Virus record (IMG/VR): IMGVR_UViG_3300047510_002172
Span: 4,915-68,914 of that record
Source of the DNA: a virus
Strand: one strand, 5' to 3'
Length of the DNA stretch: 64,000 bases
The notes under the pieces are model-generated. The model did not search any database, was not told the origin of the DNA, and saw only the letters and a list, made by a program, of their open reading frames with translations. Both the position numbers and the translations under genes were made by a program. This document shows, in pieces, positions 60,717 to 64,000 of this stretch; within the stretch, counting starts at the first letter, position 1; each line of letters opens with the position of its first letter.

Positions 60717-60722
60717 ATAATT

Positions 60723-60747
60723 AAAACCCCCTTAAAGGGGGTTTTTT
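60723..60747 (+). terminator. Intrinsic terminator after the tail tube gene
   Basis: AAAACCCCCT-TAA-AGGGGGTTTTTT hairpin with a T tract. Confidence 0.85.
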
Positions 60748-60770
60748 AATGTCTGGTTGTAAGTATTGGT

Positions 60771-61517
60771 ATGGCAGATGAACCCGTACAGCTCAAACCG
60801 TTTATTGTAAGTGAATCCAAGGTAGGAGGGCAAGCTCCGGGATTAAAAAATCTTTCCTTAACACAATTCTATAATGTAGCGTTGAGAGATGGTTTTGCGC
60901 GGGGATATTTATTTAGAGTAAAAAATATTACTAATGTAAATTTAGGGGATACAATAATCTATGCTACGTCTGGTAAGATACCGGACCGAAGAGTTAATAT
61001 AGCTACCGTAAATTATCAGTCCTATAATTTTAGAGTACCAATGAACGCAGAGTATCCGGATAAAGAAAATTGGTCGCTGAATTTTTACTGCGACGGAAAA
61101 TATTACATTCGTAGCGTTCTTGAAGACTGGAGCAAGAGTATTTATAATCCAGACACTTTTACCGCAAAAAGAGACTTTAGCAGCTATAACCTCGAAATGG
61201 TCTTACTTAAGCCAGACGAGACAAGTTTAAAAGAAATAAGAACTTATAAATTAATAGGTTGTATACCAACATTAGTTTCGACTCCGCAATACAACGTAAG
61301 AACGAGCGGAGAAATTGTAACTGTAAACGTCACTATGGCCTTTCAATACATAGAAGCTGCAGATGTGTTATCGAAGGCAGAGCCCGCTGGCCTCATAGAT
61401 AAAATTAATAAATTTACAAAAAGTGTTAAGAACGTTACCGGCCAAGTTAAGCAAATTACAAGTGCTGTTAATAATGTCGCAACAGCAACTAGAACTTTAA
61501 GAAACATTCGACGCTAA
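60771..61517 (+). CDS. Tail tube-like paralog with a C-terminal helical extension
   Basis: 'FARGYLFRV...SGKIPDR...WSLNFYCD...R..LEDW...YKLIG..P' aligns by eye with 60195..60716. Confidence 0.75.
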   Translation: MADEPVQLKPFIVSESKVGGQAPGLKNLSLTQFYNVALRDGFARGYLFRVKNITNVNLGDTIIYATSGKIPDRRVNIATVNYQSYNFRVPMNAEYPDKENWSLNFYCDGKYYIRSVLEDWSKSIYNPDTFTAKRDFSSYNLEMVLLKPDETSLKEIRTYKLIGCIPTLVSTPQYNVRTSGEIVTVNVTMAFQYIEAADVLSKAEPAGLIDKINKFTKSVKNVTGQVKQITSAVNNVATATRTLRNIRR

Positions 61518-61525
61518 GTATATAT

Positions 61526-62221
61526 ATGTACGAACAAAAAATACAAGATTTTTATAGAGTAGCAACTACTCGAAAATTTTCTAGAGATTATCAACTTCGA
61601 GTTAATTATTTTAGTGTACCTGGTATTGGAGAATTATTCGGACCGGACGATTTAGTTTATATTAAAAGCGCGAGTTTGCCTGGACGTAGACTAGATGTAA
61701 TTAAAGCCCCGTACATGGGTGTTAATTTCAATGTACCCGGTCTTGTGACATATACTAATTCAGAAAGCTGGAGTGTTACATTTTATTGTGATGAAGAATT
61801 GCAGTTGAGGCAAAAACTTGAAGTAGCCCAAAATTCAAATTTTAGTGCGTTTAACTCTATTGGAGATCTATCTTTACCTGATGATACATGTCGTATAGAA
61901 CTAAATGTTATTAATGATAAATTTGAAGTAGTAGCACAGTACCTACTTATAGGTGCATTTATAACTGATTTAGGGTCTATAGAGTATAGAATGACCGGAA
62001 ATGGCGGGCTACAGGAAATAAAAGCAACTATAGCATATCAATTCTGGCAAGGCGCTGCAGATCAAAGCTTTATTAGTGTAGACCGTGGCGGCGCACTCGG
62101 ATTCTTAGATCGTATTGCGCGCGGGGCTCAATCTATATCTCAAGCCGCGGGCGCTGTTGGAGGACTGGCTGGTTCACTCTCCCAGGCCGGTTCTACAATA
62201 TCTAGGGCTTTTAGAAGATAA
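61526..62221 (+). CDS. Tail tube-like paralog with a C-terminal Gly/Ala-rich helical extension
   Basis: 'IQDFYRVA..R.F.RDY.LRV' is nearly identical to the N-terminus of the major tube protein. Confidence 0.8.
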   Translation: MYEQKIQDFYRVATTRKFSRDYQLRVNYFSVPGIGELFGPDDLVYIKSASLPGRRLDVIKAPYMGVNFNVPGLVTYTNSESWSVTFYCDEELQLRQKLEVAQNSNFSAFNSIGDLSLPDDTCRIELNVINDKFEVVAQYLLIGAFITDLGSIEYRMTGNGGLQEIKATIAYQFWQGAADQSFISVDRGGALGFLDRIARGAQSISQAAGAVGGLAGSLSQAGSTISRAFRR

Positions 62222-62224
62222 TCT

Positions 62225-62953
62225 ATGAGCGAAGTCGCAACAGGCTCAGCTGATCTAGCAAATTCGTCTACTCCGAATGCTCCTTTTAGACCTATACAAG
62301 CATTTAAGGAGTTACTATCTAATCCTAGTTTTACTATACCTATCGAAGCAAATTTTGCAATAGGTATGACTTTTACGTCTAATCTACTTAGTGTAATAGG
62401 AGATATTAATCTATCTGATACAAATAGTATAATTGAACCTCAAAACTATAATGTTAGGAATACTCAGTCTAGTATTGCAGGGGTTTTGAATTTATACGAG
62501 CAAACACTTGGGCTTATATATGCTACCAGTATAAACATTCCCGGGGAAGCTACAGAGGCAAGAAAGATAGAAGTTTCTGAAAATAAAAACGCAGGTATAT
62601 TTTTACCATTACCAGTACTGAACAATAGAAGAGTACAAACAACGTTTTCTATAAACATACTAGAAACAAATCGTTCCTTTTTAGACGCCTATATAAGACC
62701 GTGGATTATAGCATCATCCTTATACGGATTATATACAAGATCAGATAATAGCCCGCAAAATATAAAATTAAATAATTTATTTGTTTATCAGTACGATAAA
62801 CAACGAAAAATAAGAAAGACAATAATTTTTAATAAAGTTATACCAGTTTCTATGGAGAGCACGAATTTGGCATACGGCAACACAGGTTCGACTTCTACTA
62901 AGGTTATTGCAACTAGTTGGCTTTTTGATTCTTATAGTATAACTAGTTATTAA
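62225..62953 (+). CDS. Baseplate-tube junction protein (gp54/gp48-like tube fold)
   Basis: 'ATSINIPGE...FSINILETN.SF.D..IRPW...F..VIPVS' plus its position after the tube genes. Confidence 0.55.
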   Translation: MSEVATGSADLANSSTPNAPFRPIQAFKELLSNPSFTIPIEANFAIGMTFTSNLLSVIGDINLSDTNSIIEPQNYNVRNTQSSIAGVLNLYEQTLGLIYATSINIPGEATEARKIEVSENKNAGIFLPLPVLNNRRVQTTFSINILETNRSFLDAYIRPWIIASSLYGLYTRSDNSPQNIKLNNLFVYQYDKQRKIRKTIIFNKVIPVSMESTNLAYGNTGSTSTKVIATSWLFDSYSITSY

Positions 62954-63858
62954 TGTCTTTTAAGATTAAGTTAACTTTACCAAGTACTTCAGAATCGGTA
63001 CTTGTAAATGAATTGCAATATAAATTTTATCGCTCTTTAGTAAAAGGTCTACACGAAACTAATACAAGTAATATAAATTTACAGATAAACTTAATTTTAA
63101 AAGAATTAATTCCAAATATAGATATTAAAAAATTAACTCTTGAAGATAAACTTGCAGTTTATTTAGCGGTAAGAGAGATATGTGTCAATCCGGACCTAAA
63201 ACTAAAAGGTACATGCGAAGAAACAGCTAAACCTTTCAACTGGATTACAGAAGTAAAAAGTATAGCGGAAAACTTAAAAAAAATAAATTTAAATTATTCT
63301 TTTAAGGAATTGAATGTAGAAGGAAGTTTTACAGGAATAGCAATTAATCATGAAATAGATTATATGAACGAACCGGAGAGTCTTTTTACTGAATTAATAA
63401 CTCGTATAAATTATTTAAAAATAGAAAATATAAACGTAGAACTAAATACGTCTTTCAAGGAACGTAAGAATATTTTAGAGTTATTACCAGGTTCAATACT
63501 AAAAACTTTAATAAAGCATCTGCAGAATTATTTAACTGAATTAGATTCTATAACTCTGTTAGAGGTAAAGTCTCCCTACACTAATAAAGTTTTATTACGG
63601 TACACTGGTCAATTAACTGTAACAGAGACTAATAATTTTATAAAATATTTGTATTTAGAAAATTTAAATAACATTTATAGATCTTTTTATAATGTAGTTA
63701 AGCGCTGTCAGTTTACCCCTGAATATTTAGACAGTATAACTCCAGCTGAAATGCAGGTATACTGGTCTTATTTTATTACAGATTTAGCTGATAACGGTAA
63801 AACAAAAAATACTACAAGTAATGCATTACCTCAAACAGATGAACTAGGTTTTAATTAA
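62953..63858 (+). CDS. Baseplate hub subunit (T4 gp26/gp51-like)
   Basis: 'LTLPST...LTLEDKL..YL.VRE....' and C-terminal 'FTPEYLDSITPAEMQVY'. Confidence 0.55.
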   Translation: MSFKIKLTLPSTSESVLVNELQYKFYRSLVKGLHETNTSNINLQINLILKELIPNIDIKKLTLEDKLAVYLAVREICVNPDLKLKGTCEETAKPFNWITEVKSIAENLKKINLNYSFKELNVEGSFTGIAINHEIDYMNEPESLFTELITRINYLKIENINVELNTSFKERKNILELLPGSILKTLIKHLQNYLTELDSITLLEVKSPYTNKVLLRYTGQLTVTETNNFIKYLYLENLNNIYRSFYNVVKRCQFTPEYLDSITPAEMQVYWSYFITDLADNGKTKNTTSNALPQTDELGFN

Positions 63859-63859
63859 T

Positions 63860-64000
63860 ATGAATACTATAAATATTTTACGAGAAATTGCTCTTAAAAA
63901 TGCTTTTGCAATTTATATACCTTCTCTCGGAAGAGATGTAAAGTTTATACCTCTGAACATAGCACAGCAACGCCAGATATATGAAAGCGCAAGCGATAAT
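63860..64000 (+). CDS. Second baseplate hub-like protein, 5' part only
   Basis: Hand translation MNTINILREIALKNAFAIYIPSLGRDVKFIPLNIAQQRQI...; 'YIPSLG..VKF.PL' resembles gp26-like N-termini. Confidence 0.55.
   Translation, partial: MNTINILREIALKNAFAIYIPSLGRDVKFIPLNIAQQRQIYESASDN

Noticed and set aside
1-64000. Stop-codon reassignment, as seen in some large phages
   Set aside because: The standard code gives near-complete coding density, and TAA, TAG and TGA all end genes at sensible boundaries.
1-64000. tRNA, rRNA, integrase or transposase
   Set aside because: Intergenic gaps are all under about 80 nt with no cloverleaf seen, and no ORF shows recombinase or transposase motifs.

Overview
This AT-rich, densely coding window is the virion-morphogenesis region of a large T4-like (contractile-tailed) phage and uses the standard genetic code. 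The right end holds recognisable core genes: neck gp14-like, terminase large subunit, gp3-like, tail sheath, several tail-tube paralogs and baseplate-hub-like genes. The left ~50 kb is one minus-strand block of fibre and decoration genes with four interleaved glycosyltransferases (GT29-like, GT2, GT25, GT9-like fused to a methyltransferase). The most striking observation is a 4069-aa RCC1/BLIP-II-type repeat protein. Parsed by hand, it has 77 blades that bracket into 11 seven-bladed propellers inserted inside one another's loops, forming a branched tree up to 6 levels deep rather than a tandem chain. Other highlights are two giant Gly-Tyr-Ser collagen-like proteins (one with a C1q-like domain), a mucin-like poly-Thr protein beside a sialyltransferase-like gene, and a TAARTA late-promoter-like motif mostly 5-16 nt before start codons that lack a Shine-Dalgarno. 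One copy of that motif is palindromic and bidirectional, and one is internal to a gene. All family calls come from motif recognition by eye; no database searches were run and the host cannot be determined.
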